IMG/VR virus record: IMGVR_UViG_3300010370_000027
Source: a virus
Reading direction: 5' to 3' (one strand)
DNA length: 64,000 nucleotides
Shown piece after piece: positions 27,607-37,931 of this stretch. A program made the position numbers and the translations under genes. How positions within the stretch are numbered: position 1 is the first letter of the stretch; each line of letters opens with the position of its first letter. The notes beneath the pieces are model-generated. The model did no database searches. It was not told the DNA's origin and was given only the letters and a program-made list of their open reading frames with translations.

Positions 27607-30600
27607 TTAGAGGGAGCCTGGAATGTCTGATCCGTAGTATCCTGTTATGGATGCAGGGGTCGACTTGAGGAGAGCATTCTTCGTGTTGGTGTCAGACTTT
27701 GCACCTCTATCGAGAGCAAAGTTGATTCTGTCTCTGATGACTGACTTCTTGTTGCCGATCATCACCTTCTCGAGCTCTTGGGCGTCCATGGTGACGTTGA
27801 ATGTCACGTTAAGAACGACTTCCTTGCTCTGTACTGTGTAGGTTTTCGAAGCAGATCCACCTAGACCCATAGCTCCAGCCACCTGCGTTAAACGAGCGCC
27901 AATGTCGATCTTGTCAATACTTGCGAGGGCGGCGTCCATCTTTTTAGTTGCTGCCACCATGTCTTCGACAGCCTTTAAAGTCCTCGCGATGCCCTGCCTT
28001 GCTACACCTTCAGAAGAGGAAATAGAGTTTGAGAATTCTGTCATCGAAGAAGAAAGACCAGCAGCGTCTTGGAACATTTTTCTTGCATTCTCGAGACCTA
28101 TCGAAGCCGTCTGAATCGCTGAGACATCAATTTTGTTTTCACCAGCAAACATGTCTTTTGTGGCGTTTATTGCCTTAGAAAGGTTGCCGTCTTTGCTAAC
28201 GGCTTTCATTGCAGCAGAGTCAGGGCTGAAAGCGTTTCCGAGAGCTGCCAGCTTGTCGGCTGCAACCTTCGTGGTTCCTCCAATGTCAGCGATGTTGGCC
28301 ATTATCTGCTGAACAGTCTGTAGACGAGCGAGAGCCGTGTTCATCTGCAGTTGCTGCGGTTCGTCCATTATGAACCAATTGATTCCGGACAATTTTGCGC
28401 GAATTGCGTCGAGCTTGCCTTGAATGTCGAAGTCTTTACTCATGACTTTCTTCGACATTTCTTCGATCTTTTTGAACCGCTCTGTTGCGTTTTCTATCGT
28501 GACGGGCCCAAGCTCTTTCAGTGCCTTCTCGCTATTCTTCGCGATCCACTCTTTTGTTCCCTGAGTATTTTCAGCTATAAGCTTTTGAACTCTCTCATTA
28601 GATCTACCTGCCTCTGCTCTTAATTCAGACCAGAGATTTTGTTGCGCTGCTTCAAATCTTCTAACGTGGCCAGCGTGTTCGTCACCACTGCCAAAGATAC
28701 TATCCACAGTTCTGTCAAACCAGCTGCCAGTTTTTCCAGCTTGTTTGCTGGCATCTTCCATTTCTTTTTGCAGCTTTTGCATCCTAGACTTAGGATCTAT
28801 GTCTTTTCCAAGGTCTTCATAGAATGATTCAGTTTCTTTTTGAGACTCTTCACGAGCTTTTGCATAAGAGTCCTTGAGCCATTGTGTGCCAAAGACTATG
28901 CCCGCCAATGCGGCAGCTACGGCGGCGGCGAGGACCGCAGGCGCTGCACCGATTCCTGCAACAAATGATGATACCCAAGCAGCGGCAGTTTTCAAACCAG
29001 CCGTACCGCCAATTGCGACGAAGCCGTTGACCAATGCTGGGCCGAACTTAACAAAAAGAATTGTTAATTTTTGTTCCCAGGGCATGGCATCCCAAACAGA
29101 CTGAACTGCTTGCCACAGCTTATCAACAATTACTGCGCCAAGTCTTGCAAGAGGACCAGAAAGTTTCTCGCCTGCATCCATGAGAGCTCGTCCAAGAGGC
29201 TTAAATGCCTCCATGACTGTTGACACCACCTTTGATGCAGGAGGTAAATTCCTTCTTAATTCGTTCGGTTTAAGCCAGTTAGTAAATGACTCAACTGCAT
29301 TGACAACAAAAGGCACAGCGGCGCTAGTTATCCACACGGACAAGTCAGAAATTGCTTTTGTCATATGTTGCATTACAGCTCGAGTCGTAGGGCCTGGGTC
29401 TTCAAACTCGTGTACTATTTTTTTGTACGTATCTTTCAGGGCGTTGAATGCCCACTCACCTGTTGCAATCAATATTCCAAGAACAGCTTTGCCAAACTTC
29501 TTAAATCCTTCTTTGACCTTCTCTCCCGCGCCGCCGCTCGTAAAATCTGCAAAGACCGCTTTTATCCTCTCGACAAAGTCTTCTATCTTTCCGCTACCGC
29601 TGACCCTAAAGACGTCAAGAGCCTTGAAGACTCCATCGAACATTTTTCTAAACCGTGCAGGATCAAACACTTCTTTGATACCGGTGAATATCTCCTTCAC
29701 GCCTGGAAACAAGTTGACAAATTCCCTTCCGAACTTGACGCCTTCCTGCGTGGCAATCCTCAGAACTTGTCTGATGTTCATCATCATGCCGATAAATTCC
29801 TTCGAGGTTTGTATGCCTCTAAAGAATCCGTCAAGGAAGTGATCCATGATACCGCCGTGACCGCCGCTTCCTGACGGGAAGGTCCTCTTGATCGAGTCAC
29901 CAAGAGCCTTTATAGCTTCTGTCTGGCTCATCGTGGCCTTCTCGGCCTTCTCGGCCTCTGTCTTCATCCTGTCGAGAGAGACGCCTGCGTTCTTCGCTGC
30001 AAATGCAGAGTTCATCAACTCGTCGGACATGCCGGTCTGCTGCTTGATGAACATTCTGTCCTGATATGTCAGTTTCGACATATCCTTGCCGGTTGCAGCG
30101 AAGGCCTTCCTGAGAAGCTCCACCTTTTCCGCAGGGTTCTGAGCCATCATCACCTCTGTGGCGTCGAGGTTCGTGCCGTACTGCTCGTTCAACTTCGACA
30201 TGCCTTCTGCAGCCTGGTCGTACGTGGCAGTCTGATCCATTATGGCTGTGAGCTTGTCAACGGATACACCGAGCTTATTGGCAAATGTGGCAGCGACAGC
30301 CATCTCTTTTGTCGACAGATGACCGAAGTGTGCGAGGTCAGACATCGCCTTTGCCATGTCCTTAGAGATGACTTTTGCATTTACGCCGAATGCCTTGCTC
30401 ATTCCGAGAGCCTGCTTCGTCATCTCGTTCTGGACTTTTGCGATACTCGTTCCCATCCTCATTGCATTTGATGCAATGGTGGACATCTGCTCGTTCGTAA
30501 TGCCGAGACCCCTCTGATACAGCATCATCGCTGTACCGTTCTCTTCGACCTCCCCTTGGAAGACTTGGAATGCTGCACCCATTCCCTGGGCCATCTCTGT

Positions 30601-31263
30601 GACAGCCTTTATTCTTCCTGCGAGATTTCCGAAGATTAGATAGGAGGGGACGCCCGACTCGTTCATCTTCTCGATGTTCTTGGCGGTGTCCACGATGGCG
30701 CGTGAGGACTCTGACTTCAAGTCACCAAATGCATCTCTAACGTTCTCAAGCGCCTCGAGAAGCTCGTTTGAGCCGCCTGTTGAGGCCATCTTGAAGAGTC
30801 CAGCCATCATCTTGAAGGGTATGGCAAGTATTGACTTTCCTACTTCAAATATACCGTCAGCAACGCTGAAGAAGAAGCCGAGAACTCCTCGGCCAAGCGC
30901 GACCACGTTCTTAAATCCTTGAGCGAGGCCCGTGAGAGCTCCTCCTACAAGCGATAGACCCTTTATTAGCTTGGAACCGGATCCGGAGACTTCTTTGAAA
31001 GCTTTAGACGCATCGCGTGATGCCTTCTCGTTCTTCAGTACTTCCTTTGTGACCTTCTTCCAGGCGTCTGGATTTAGAGCCTTGTTGTCTTGCTGAGAAA
31101 GACCGGACATGATCTTGGAGACTTCTTCCATTGCGTCACGCATTTGCGTGATGACTTTGAGCTGCTTCTGGAAAGAGTCGAGGGCTTCCTCTGCATACTT
31201 TCCGGCCATTTTGACGTTTTCAGCAAGCTCACCAGCCGCTTTAGGATCGATCTCACCAGCCAT
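27607..31263 (-). CDS. Tape measure protein
   Basis: 1218 aa, helical Ala/Gly/Lys/Met-rich with hydrophobic segments; between tail chaperones and baseplate genes. Confidence 0.8.
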   Translation of the reverse strand: MAGEIDPKAAGELAENVKMAGKYAEEALDSFQKQLKVITQMRDAMEEVSKIMSGLSQQDNKALNPDAWKKVTKEVLKNEKASRDASKAFKEVSGSGSKLIKGLSLVGGALTGLAQGFKNVVALGRGVLGFFFSVADGIFEVGKSILAIPFKMMAGLFKMASTGGSNELLEALENVRDAFGDLKSESSRAIVDTAKNIEKMNESGVPSYLIFGNLAGRIKAVTEMAQGMGAAFQVFQGEVEENGTAMMLYQRGLGITNEQMSTIASNAMRMGTSIAKVQNEMTKQALGMSKAFGVNAKVISKDMAKAMSDLAHFGHLSTKEMAVAATFANKLGVSVDKLTAIMDQTATYDQAAEGMSKLNEQYGTNLDATEVMMAQNPAEKVELLRKAFAATGKDMSKLTYQDRMFIKQQTGMSDELMNSAFAAKNAGVSLDRMKTEAEKAEKATMSQTEAIKALGDSIKRTFPSGSGGHGGIMDHFLDGFFRGIQTSKEFIGMMMNIRQVLRIATQEGVKFGREFVNLFPGVKEIFTGIKEVFDPARFRKMFDGVFKALDVFRVSGSGKIEDFVERIKAVFADFTSGGAGEKVKEGFKKFGKAVLGILIATGEWAFNALKDTYKKIVHEFEDPGPTTRAVMQHMTKAISDLSVWITSAAVPFVVNAVESFTNWLKPNELRRNLPPASKVVSTVMEAFKPLGRALMDAGEKLSGPLARLGAVIVDKLWQAVQSVWDAMPWEQKLTILFVKFGPALVNGFVAIGGTAGLKTAAAWVSSFVAGIGAAPAVLAAAVAAALAGIVFGTQWLKDSYAKAREESQKETESFYEDLGKDIDPKSRMQKLQKEMEDASKQAGKTGSWFDRTVDSIFGSGDEHAGHVRRFEAAQQNLWSELRAEAGRSNERVQKLIAENTQGTKEWIAKNSEKALKELGPVTIENATERFKKIEEMSKKVMSKDFDIQGKLDAIRAKLSGINWFIMDEPQQLQMNTALARLQTVQQIMANIADIGGTTKVAADKLAALGNAFSPDSAAMKAVSKDGNLSKAINATKDMFAGENKIDVSAIQTASIGLENARKMFQDAAGLSSSMTEFSNSISSSEGVARQGIARTLKAVEDMVAATKKMDAALASIDKIDIGARLTQVAGAMGLGGSASKTYTVQSKEVVLNVTFNVTMDAQELEKVMIGNKKSVIRDRINFALDRGAKSDTNTKNALLKSTPASITGYYGSDIPGSL

Positions 31264-31277
31264 GTCTTACACCCGGC

Positions 31278-31583
31278 TCAGAGTGGCCAACGGACTCCTA
31301 GCGTCCTCTCAAACTCGACAGCTGTAATATGCTTGAGCTTAAGCTTCTGAGAGATCGACTCGACGGTTGCTCCAGGTCTACGAAGCTCCTCTTGGAATCT
31401 CTTTGAGGCCATAAGGGCATTTGCAATCGCTCGTATCTCTTGCTGTGTGCCCCTTATCTTAGTGTTGACAGACTTACCGACGAGCCAAGCACCAATAGAA
31501 GCCAAGAGAAGCTTTCCAGTCAAACTACTGTAAACTTCTTCCTTCAGTATCTCCGGGTTTTGAGTAGACTCCATGCAACGCAC
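31278..31583 (-). CDS. Hypothetical protein
   Basis: Fills the gap before the tape measure gene; ILKEE site near the N-terminus. Confidence 0.55.
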   Translation of the reverse strand: MRCMESTQNPEILKEEVYSSLTGKLLLASIGAWLVGKSVNTKIRGTQQEIRAIANALMASKRFQEELRRPGATVESISQKLKLKHITAVEFERTLGVRWPL

Positions 31584-31629
31584 CTCTTAACAGTGTAAAT
31601 AAGAAGTAGCAAAAAAATATGACGACAAA

Positions 31630-31863
31630 TTAAGTAAAACGACGAAGTCTGGACGGTGACTGCTCTCGGGTTCGTCCCTGCATCGACCGTGTCTCAGGAG
31701 AGTTCTGGTGAAGCGCTCTTGATTGTGTCTGACCAGACTCTGATGTTCTACTTAATTCTTTGTTAATTCTCTCTATGAACCACCGCTTGTAGAATACAGG
31801 CATTTTCTGTATCTCTCCCCACGTGAAGCCGCCGTAGTATATCAGGAGAAACGCCGGCTCCAT
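31630..31863 (-). CDS. Tail assembly chaperone, C-terminal ('T'-like) part, possibly reached by frameshift
   Basis: LIYYGGFTWGEIQKMPVFYKRWFI; frame is open upstream into the end of the previous gene; no clear SD. Confidence 0.6.
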   Translation of the reverse strand: MEPAFLLIYYGGFTWGEIQKMPVFYKRWFIERINKELSRTSESGQTQSRALHQNSPETRSMQGRTREQSPSRLRRFT

Positions 31864-31876
31864 TATGAGGAGTTCT

Positions 31877-32749
31877 CTATCTTCCGGACGAAGGCCAAAG
31901 AAACGTGACGCCGAGGGGCATGCTGACCTCCTCTTCGTGACCGCAGGACGAACATGTTGTCTCCTGCTTCATAACGATGCCAGGCTCTTGATCTCTCATG
32001 TAATTCCTAAGGGCCAGCGAGTCGCGAGCCGGCATGTTCTTGATAAATCCTGCGATCTTGGCTCTGTCCTCAATGCCATCGACAGACTGTATCGTGTAGA
32101 GAAGGCTGGTTGTCACGTTGTTGTCAGAGGGAAGCCCGAGCTTCTTCTGCTTCTCTGCGAGGACCATCATCTCCTCCTCGTCGCGACCCGTCATGAACTT
32201 AAACTTGACGTTCTTCTTCGTCATCGGAAGAACAAACTCAAAGAGATTAGATCCTGGGATGACGGGATCAATCTCTAGCCTCTTTATGGGAAGCTCAGCG
32301 AGATTGAACTCGTGAGGTGACTTGACGCCGCACTCGTTGCATTCGAGTTCTACGGCATACTCAGGACCATAGCCCGTGATGCGAATCGCAACCATGAGGG
32401 CGTTTCTGTCGCCGCTGAGGAGATCGAGAACGTTCACAGACTTGTCGACGAGACAGGACTTAATGAGCTCTGTGATGACGGTGCCCTTCTTGAGGAGAGC
32501 CCTCGACGTGAGGATGTCTTCCTCTCTGGCTGTCATTGCTCGTATCTCAACAGTCTCGACGCCATACAGGGAAGAATCCTGAGAATAGACCTTTCCGTTT
32601 GAGGGAAGTGGAACGACCTCTTGAGGAACATCGAGACCGAAATCCGCCTTCACCCTGTCTGCCTGTGACATCTTAGGCATGCGTGGGTCGACACCTGCGG
32701 GGCCCTGCGATGCAAAAATTGCGTTCTTCTGTTCTCTATCGTCTGACAT
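31877..32749 (-). CDS. Tail/baseplate assembly chaperone (T4 gp26-like)
   Basis: VPLPSNGKVY, MTAREEDILT, DRNALMVAIRITGYG, two CxxC pairs, ends FLWP. Confidence 0.75.
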   Translation of the reverse strand: MSDDREQKNAIFASQGPAGVDPRMPKMSQADRVKADFGLDVPQEVVPLPSNGKVYSQDSSLYGVETVEIRAMTAREEDILTSRALLKKGTVITELIKSCLVDKSVNVLDLLSGDRNALMVAIRITGYGPEYAVELECNECGVKSPHEFNLAELPIKRLEIDPVIPGSNLFEFVLPMTKKNVKFKFMTGRDEEEMMVLAEKQKKLGLPSDNNVTTSLLYTIQSVDGIEDRAKIAGFIKNMPARDSLALRNYMRDQEPGIVMKQETTCSSCGHEEEVSMPLGVTFLWPSSGR

Positions 32750-32909
32750 GTTGCTTGCTTTCTCCTGTGCTTATGAGGTTATACCAAACCAGGTTCAAGT
32801 AAATAGAGCATCGAAAAAAACTGACCCAATATTCAAGCAGAAAGTAACAAGCCACAATTATTATGTAAATTGTGGCAGAAAAGATAATTAAGGTAATCAA
32901 GGTGAATCA

Positions 32910-33305
32910 ATGGCATTAAATTATCCCGTACAAGGCGAAGGATTCGTCGCAGCATATCAGGTATCAGCAACACCGTTTGTTACATCGTCGACAGTGGCGA
33001 ACGGAGCAACGAGAGAAATAGTCTTTCCGCAGATATCGAGATTTATGACGATAAAGAACACATCTCCGTCAACGAACACTATTGCAGTGTCGTTCACAGC
33101 AGCGGGCTTCCTGCCTGCCAATTCAAACTACTTCGTTCTCAGCGGCTCGGAGACGTTCACCGGTGAGCTAAGGACGGACAGAGTCTTTATATCGGGTCTC
33201 TCAGGCGCTTCCTCGACCTTTTCGTTGCTCGCAGGTCTCACTTTTATCCCTTCGAAGATGCTAACACCCATCACGGGATCTAATGGTTTTTCAGGAGTAG
33301 GCTGA
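32910..33305 (+). CDS. Hypothetical virion protein
   Basis: Ser/Thr-rich beta protein; ATAATTA upstream; first gene of the plus-strand island. Confidence 0.6.
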   Translation: MALNYPVQGEGFVAAYQVSATPFVTSSTVANGATREIVFPQISRFMTIKNTSPSTNTIAVSFTAAGFLPANSNYFVLSGSETFTGELRTDRVFISGLSGASSTFSLLAGLTFIPSKMLTPITGSNGFSGVG

Positions 33306-33306
33306 C

Positions 33307-34263
33307 ATGTCAATATCCATAAACACATCAACACGCATAAATGGATCAATAAGAATAGGCTCCGCTTCGGGCGGCGGGGGAGGTGGAGCATCAAATCCGC
33401 CGACGACTCTTGAAGCGCTTGTAGTTGCAGGCGGCGGTGGAGGAGGAAACTCTTATGGCGGTGGCGGCGGCGGCGGCGGACTTAGAACCACATCTTCATT
33501 TTCTGTAACAAGAGGATCTTCTTACGTCGTGACAGTAGGCGCGGGCGGCGCAGGTGGAGTGACAGGTACGCCCGGTGTTATTTCTACATTTCTTCAAGGT
33601 AGCAATGGTTCAGCAAGCGCTCTTGACACTTTTCAATCAGCAGGAGGCGGTGGCGGAGCATCTGTTGCTAATTATGCTGCAGGAACTGGTGGGTCGGGCG
33701 GTGGAGGATCGGGTCTAAACTCAGGATATTATAGCGCAAAACCGACAGGTGCTGCAGGTAACACTCCTGTAACGTCTCCTGCCCAAGGATATGCCGGCGG
33801 TAACGGAGCAAACTCTATAGGAGATCCAGGACGAGGCGGCGGTGGCGGTGGCGGCGCTTCGGCTGTAGGCGAGACAGGTAATGACACAAAGGGAGGCAAC
33901 GGAGGTGCGGGAGCTAGTTCTTCCTTGTCTGGTGTTTCTGTCACATACGCCGGCGGCGGCGGCGGAGGATCATTTAGAACAAATCCTGGGTACGGAGCCG
34001 GTGGGTCTGGTGGCGGTGGTCGTGGAGGAAACGGTCCTACGGGTCCAACTGCAGGAACAGCGAACACAGGTGGTGGCGGGGGCGCTGGTGGCGATACTGG
34101 AACAGCGAACAGACCGGGCGAGGCAGGAGGCTCAGGAATCGTGATCATCAGACACCCGGACACCTATTCACAAGCATCCACAACAGGTAATCCCACGATT
34201 ACAACGTCAGGCGGATATGTAGTATATCAATTTACGGGCAGCGGAACCATCGGATGGAGTTGA
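33307..34263 (+). CDS. Glycine-rich domain virion accessory protein
   Basis: LVVAGGGGGG...YAGGGGGG...ANTGGGGG...GGSGIVIIRH pattern. Confidence 0.75.
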   Translation: MSISINTSTRINGSIRIGSASGGGGGGASNPPTTLEALVVAGGGGGGNSYGGGGGGGGLRTTSSFSVTRGSSYVVTVGAGGAGGVTGTPGVISTFLQGSNGSASALDTFQSAGGGGGASVANYAAGTGGSGGGGSGLNSGYYSAKPTGAAGNTPVTSPAQGYAGGNGANSIGDPGRGGGGGGGASAVGETGNDTKGGNGGAGASSSLSGVSVTYAGGGGGGSFRTNPGYGAGGSGGGGRGGNGPTGPTAGTANTGGGGGAGGDTGTANRPGEAGGSGIVIIRHPDTYSQASTTGNPTITTSGGYVVYQFTGSGTIGWS

Positions 34264-34276
34264 TGGAGTATAACAC

Positions 34277-34639
34277 ATGGCACATTTTGCAAAATTAGAT
34301 CAGAACAACGTAGTCACAGAAGTATGTGTGGTCAATAACTCGGTGATCACAGTTAACGGAGTAGAGTCAGAAGCGGCAGGTATCGCATTCATGAAGTCTA
34401 TCACTGGGCACGACTCCTGGCTGCAGACGAGCTACAATGCGACATTCAGGAAGAACTACGCTGCAGCAGGATACACCTACGATGCAGTTCGTGATGCATT
34501 CATCGCCCCGAAGCCTTTCGCATCGTGGGTCTTAGACGAAGCCACATGTCTCTGGAATCCTCCTGTCGCATATCCGACGGATGGTGGCACATATGTGTGG
34601 GATGAGGGAACGACAAATTGGATCACAACTTCACCTTGA
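34277..34639 (+). CDS. Conserved phage protein accompanying Gly-rich genes (possible assembly chaperone)
   Basis: MAHFAKLD...WLQTSYN..FRKNYA..GYTYD...DAFIAPKPFASWVLDE; GGAG SD. Confidence 0.75.
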   Translation: MAHFAKLDQNNVVTEVCVVNNSVITVNGVESEAAGIAFMKSITGHDSWLQTSYNATFRKNYAAAGYTYDAVRDAFIAPKPFASWVLDEATCLWNPPVAYPTDGGTYVWDEGTTNWITTSP

Positions 34640-34669
34640 CGAAATCTCTCGAAGATTTTTATTTATGAG

Positions 34670-34707
34670 AATCTCCTGCTTGACAAATTCAAGCAGGAGA
34701 TTTTTTT
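34670..34707 (+). terminator. Intrinsic terminator
   Basis: AATCTCCTGCTTGA-CAAAT-TCAAGCAGGAGATT then a T-run. Confidence 0.85.
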
Positions 34708-34766
34708 AGACTCATCTATCTCTACCTTCCACAATTATTCAAGTTAATTAAGGGTCAATAATATTC

Positions 34767-35150
34767 ATGGCAATATCAATAAATTATCCTGTTGTTATCA
34801 ATGGATCAACAACGTTCGGAAGAAATCAGCAGATTCCATCGATAGTAGAATATCTGATTGTTGCCGGTGGCGGTGGAGGCGGAGGTAGATCTACGTCCGG
34901 GACGAGCGGAGCTGGTGGTAATGGAGGCGGAGGAGCAGGAGCGTCGAACGCGGGAACTGCTAACACGGGCGGTGGAGGAGGTGGATCTCTTCCGTTTAGC
35001 ACCGGTGCTGCTGGAGGTAGCGGGGTCGTCATAATCAGGCATTCGAACGCTTACGGACAGGCGACTGTCACAGGATCTCCGACGATTACAACGTCAGGCG
35101 GATACATAATTTACAAGTTCACAGGTTCAGGAACTATAAGGTGGATCTAA
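34767..35150 (+). CDS. Short glycine-rich paralog (internally deleted)
   Basis: Same N- and C-terminal blocks as 33307 and 35324, but 127 aa. Confidence 0.7.
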   Translation: MAISINYPVVINGSTTFGRNQQIPSIVEYLIVAGGGGGGGRSTSGTSGAGGNGGGGAGASNAGTANTGGGGGGSLPFSTGAAGGSGVVIIRHSNAYGQATVTGSPTITTSGGYIIYKFTGSGTIRWI

Positions 35151-35211
35151 GCGGTATCCGTACTCTATTGATTGCACTGATTACCGTTTGGATTCTGTTA
35201 ATACTTATTGT

Positions 35212-35249
35212 GGGTCCGTAAGTTTTTTTGAGGCTTAACTTACGGACCC
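35212..35249 (+). terminator. 13-bp hairpin, probable terminator
   Basis: GGGTCCGTAAGTT-N12-AACTTACGGACCC followed by GCTTTT. Confidence 0.6.
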
Positions 35250-35323
35250 GCTTTTGTGCCCGATCATCAGCCAGTCTCTCTTCTCGATCATATATAAATT
35301 GTCTATGATTATATCGGAGTCAC

Positions 35324-36241
35324 ATGGCGATCGCGATAAACTCTCCTACGGTTATTAACGGTTCAACAATATTCGGAAGTAGACAGAAGGCGCCTACGTC
35401 CGTAGAATATCTCTTAATTGCCGGAGGTGGCGGCGGTGGAGCAGCATCGGGCGGCGGCGGTGGCGCGGGAGGTTTGCTGTCTGGTAGCTTCTCAGTGACA
35501 ACATTGACGACGTACACTGCCACTATTGGGGCTGGTGGTTCGGGTGGATCCGTGACAACAAACGGATCCACGGGAAGCAATTCACTCATATCAGGTGTAG
35601 GAATCTCCACGGTAACAGCGTTCGGAGGTGGCTTCGGAGCAGCAGCTTATACTGTAGGCGGAGCGGGAGGCTCAGGCGGCGGCGGCGGAACAGGATATAA
35701 CTTCCCATGGGCCTCAGGACAAGGCGGAGGAAGCGGAACTGCAGGTCCTCCACGTCAAGGATACAACGGAGGTGCTGCTGCATCAGATGCCTACTACAAC
35801 TACGGTGGTGGCGGCGGTGGCGGAGCCGGAGCGGCAGGATCAAACGGAATATATAGCAATCCTCCCATCGCCGGTGCTGGGGGTAATGGACTTCAATCCT
35901 CAATCACAGGCGTGACAAAGTTCTACGCAGGCGGCGGTGGCGGCGGCGTTTCGAGAAACAACGGAACACGCGGGACTGGTGGTGGCGGTGGTGGAGGTCT
36001 GGGTGGCCTCTCCAGTGATGGCGAAAATGGAACTGCAGGCCTCGGCGGTGGCGGCGGCGGCGGAGGAACCTACGGAGGAGGCAGCGCCACGGCGGGAGGA
36101 TCTGGTGGTGCGGGAATTGTGATCATTCGTCACCCAGACACTGCGCTTAGAGGTACCACGACAGGTAATCCTATAATTACAGCGTCTGGTGGATATATAA
36201 TCTACCAATTCACGGGTACTGGTACGATCACCTGGAGCTAA
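35324..36241 (+). CDS. Glycine-rich domain virion accessory protein
   Basis: Paralog of 33307; GGAG SD. Confidence 0.75.
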   Translation: MAIAINSPTVINGSTIFGSRQKAPTSVEYLLIAGGGGGGAASGGGGGAGGLLSGSFSVTTLTTYTATIGAGGSGGSVTTNGSTGSNSLISGVGISTVTAFGGGFGAAAYTVGGAGGSGGGGGTGYNFPWASGQGGGSGTAGPPRQGYNGGAAASDAYYNYGGGGGGGAGAAGSNGIYSNPPIAGAGGNGLQSSITGVTKFYAGGGGGGVSRNNGTRGTGGGGGGGLGGLSSDGENGTAGLGGGGGGGGTYGGGSATAGGSGGAGIVIIRHPDTALRGTTTGNPIITASGGYIIYQFTGTGTITWS

Positions 36242-36243
36242 CC

Positions 36244-36924
36244 ATGACGATACGAATAAACTCTCAGACAGTAATAAACGGTAAAACGATAATGGGCACA
36301 TCGCAGGGAAACACTGTCCTGTGGGATGCAAGCTCTCTTACTGTAGACCTCGTAGGAAATACAATAACGAATAACGCTGTGACTACAAGTACCTCAATCT
36401 ACACCATTGGCACACAGTCGGCAGCGATCGATGCATACAACGACAGACTTGTTTGGCCTACTTCGACAGCTCCTGGTACACAAGACTTCTTCTACGGAGT
36501 ATGGGCACGTTGGACAAGATACGGATCGGGAGACTCCTGTATGATAGCAGGATTTGGAAACGGATACGACGCTAATACATTGCTTGTGGCTGTGAGAAAT
36601 CCTAGCTACAGCGCTGCTGGTGTGTTCTTGGCGAAGGCCGCTGACTACACCTCGTATACGACGAACTACATACCCACAGAAAACGTATGGCACCACGTAG
36701 CGGTGTCGCGCTCAGGAAACACATACAGAATCTTCGTGGACGGAACGCTCAGGGGAACACACACGATCGCTGGTTTGAACATAACAGCTCCCTTCAGAGT
36801 GGGAAGCGGTTGGTCAACGGGAGAATATCTAAACGGCTACATCAACTCCGCGCAGCTGGTGATCGGTCGCCCTGTTGTGACGAGCAACTTCACAATCACA
36901 TCTCCATCTTACATAGTGACGTGA
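36244..36924 (+). CDS. LamG/concanavalin A-like domain protein
   Basis: DFFYGVW, NVWHHVAVSRSGNTYRIFVDG, YLNGYI. Confidence 0.8.
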   Translation: MTIRINSQTVINGKTIMGTSQGNTVLWDASSLTVDLVGNTITNNAVTTSTSIYTIGTQSAAIDAYNDRLVWPTSTAPGTQDFFYGVWARWTRYGSGDSCMIAGFGNGYDANTLLVAVRNPSYSAAGVFLAKAADYTSYTTNYIPTENVWHHVAVSRSGNTYRIFVDGTLRGTHTIAGLNITAPFRVGSGWSTGEYLNGYINSAQLVIGRPVVTSNFTITSPSYIVT

Positions 36925-36974
36925 TAGAATCTTTTAATAAATTAACTGCATAAACGGTCAGTCAGTTTATTGAG

Positions 36975-37931
36975 TTATTTCTGTCGGGCGTGTTGTTCAA
37001 CGTGGCACGATGAGATGTGATAAGGTATTTGAGAATTAAAACCAATAAATGGATGTGTCTTTTCAGTCCATATCTCAAATGACATGTTCATTTTAAGTGC
37101 AAATAATTCGGCAGCATTAAACTTTGCAAGGTTCTTAGGATCTTTTAAATGGCAGCTTGGTTTTAATTCGATCAATAACTTTCGTCCATCTGCGTATTCT
37201 ATTAGGCAGTCGATGACGTAATTTCTAATTTTCTCATCGTGCTCGTATTGAATTCTATACGGTTCCATTTCATATGAAATGATGTCTGCGTTGCTCTCAA
37301 AATAGAGGACAGCATTTAGTTCAAACAAAGATCTGTAGTACACAAGCTTGGACGACTTTTTTGGATTCTCGAAGTATCCATGAACTCTAGTCGCCTTAGT
37401 TAACATACCGTTCTTGACACACTCAGCCTGCCTCAAACTTTGCTTTGCCTTGTTGTCTTCATCAGACCAGTAAGCCTGCATTTGTTCTTTTATTTTTGCT
37501 TTATGAGCATCAGATTTTTTCTTTCCGGAGAGAGAATCTGAAATCTTCTTCGCTCTTTCGGGAGTGTTCATCTTCTCCACTATCGAAGCAATTCTTGGAT
37601 CTTCTTTGGTCAAACCGGCGCACCAGCCTTTTATCTCTCCTCTTTCCCACATTCCTTTGCGAGTCTTAAGGCTCTTCTCTTTGGCCAACTCGTTGTGGCC
37701 CCAATTGTTGTTAATCTTTGCAGCATGCCCCCACACGTATTCAGAATAACCTTGTAGCGGGCCGTGAAACTTGGTTGCAGTTCCACATCCACATTTGCAT
37801 GTAGGTTTGACACCTTTTAACACAACTTCGACATAAAGATCTTCGCTGCTTATATTATGCTTCTTTGAGGCATGAATTCTAAGCGAATTCATATTGTTAA
37901 TTTCATAATCGCAGCTTGGACACTTAAACAT
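36975..37931 (-). mobile_element. Free-standing homing endonuclease-like gene (zinc finger, CxCGCG, NUMOD-like, TnsA-like PD-(D/E)xK domain)
   Basis: CPSC...H....H, CKCGCG, KKKSDAHKAKI, YRSLFE...EPYRIQY...YVIDCLI...LLIELKP; visibly AT-richer than neighbours; GGAGG before ATG 37931. Confidence 0.7.

Noticed and set aside
29180-29874. 220-aa and 169-aa plus-strand ORFs
   Set aside because: Antisense to the tape measure gene; no motifs.
33307-36241. Similar 3' ends of the Gly-rich genes as possible DGR template/variable repeats
   Set aside because: Differences affect all bases and are largely synonymous, not adenine-specific; no reverse transcriptase in the window.
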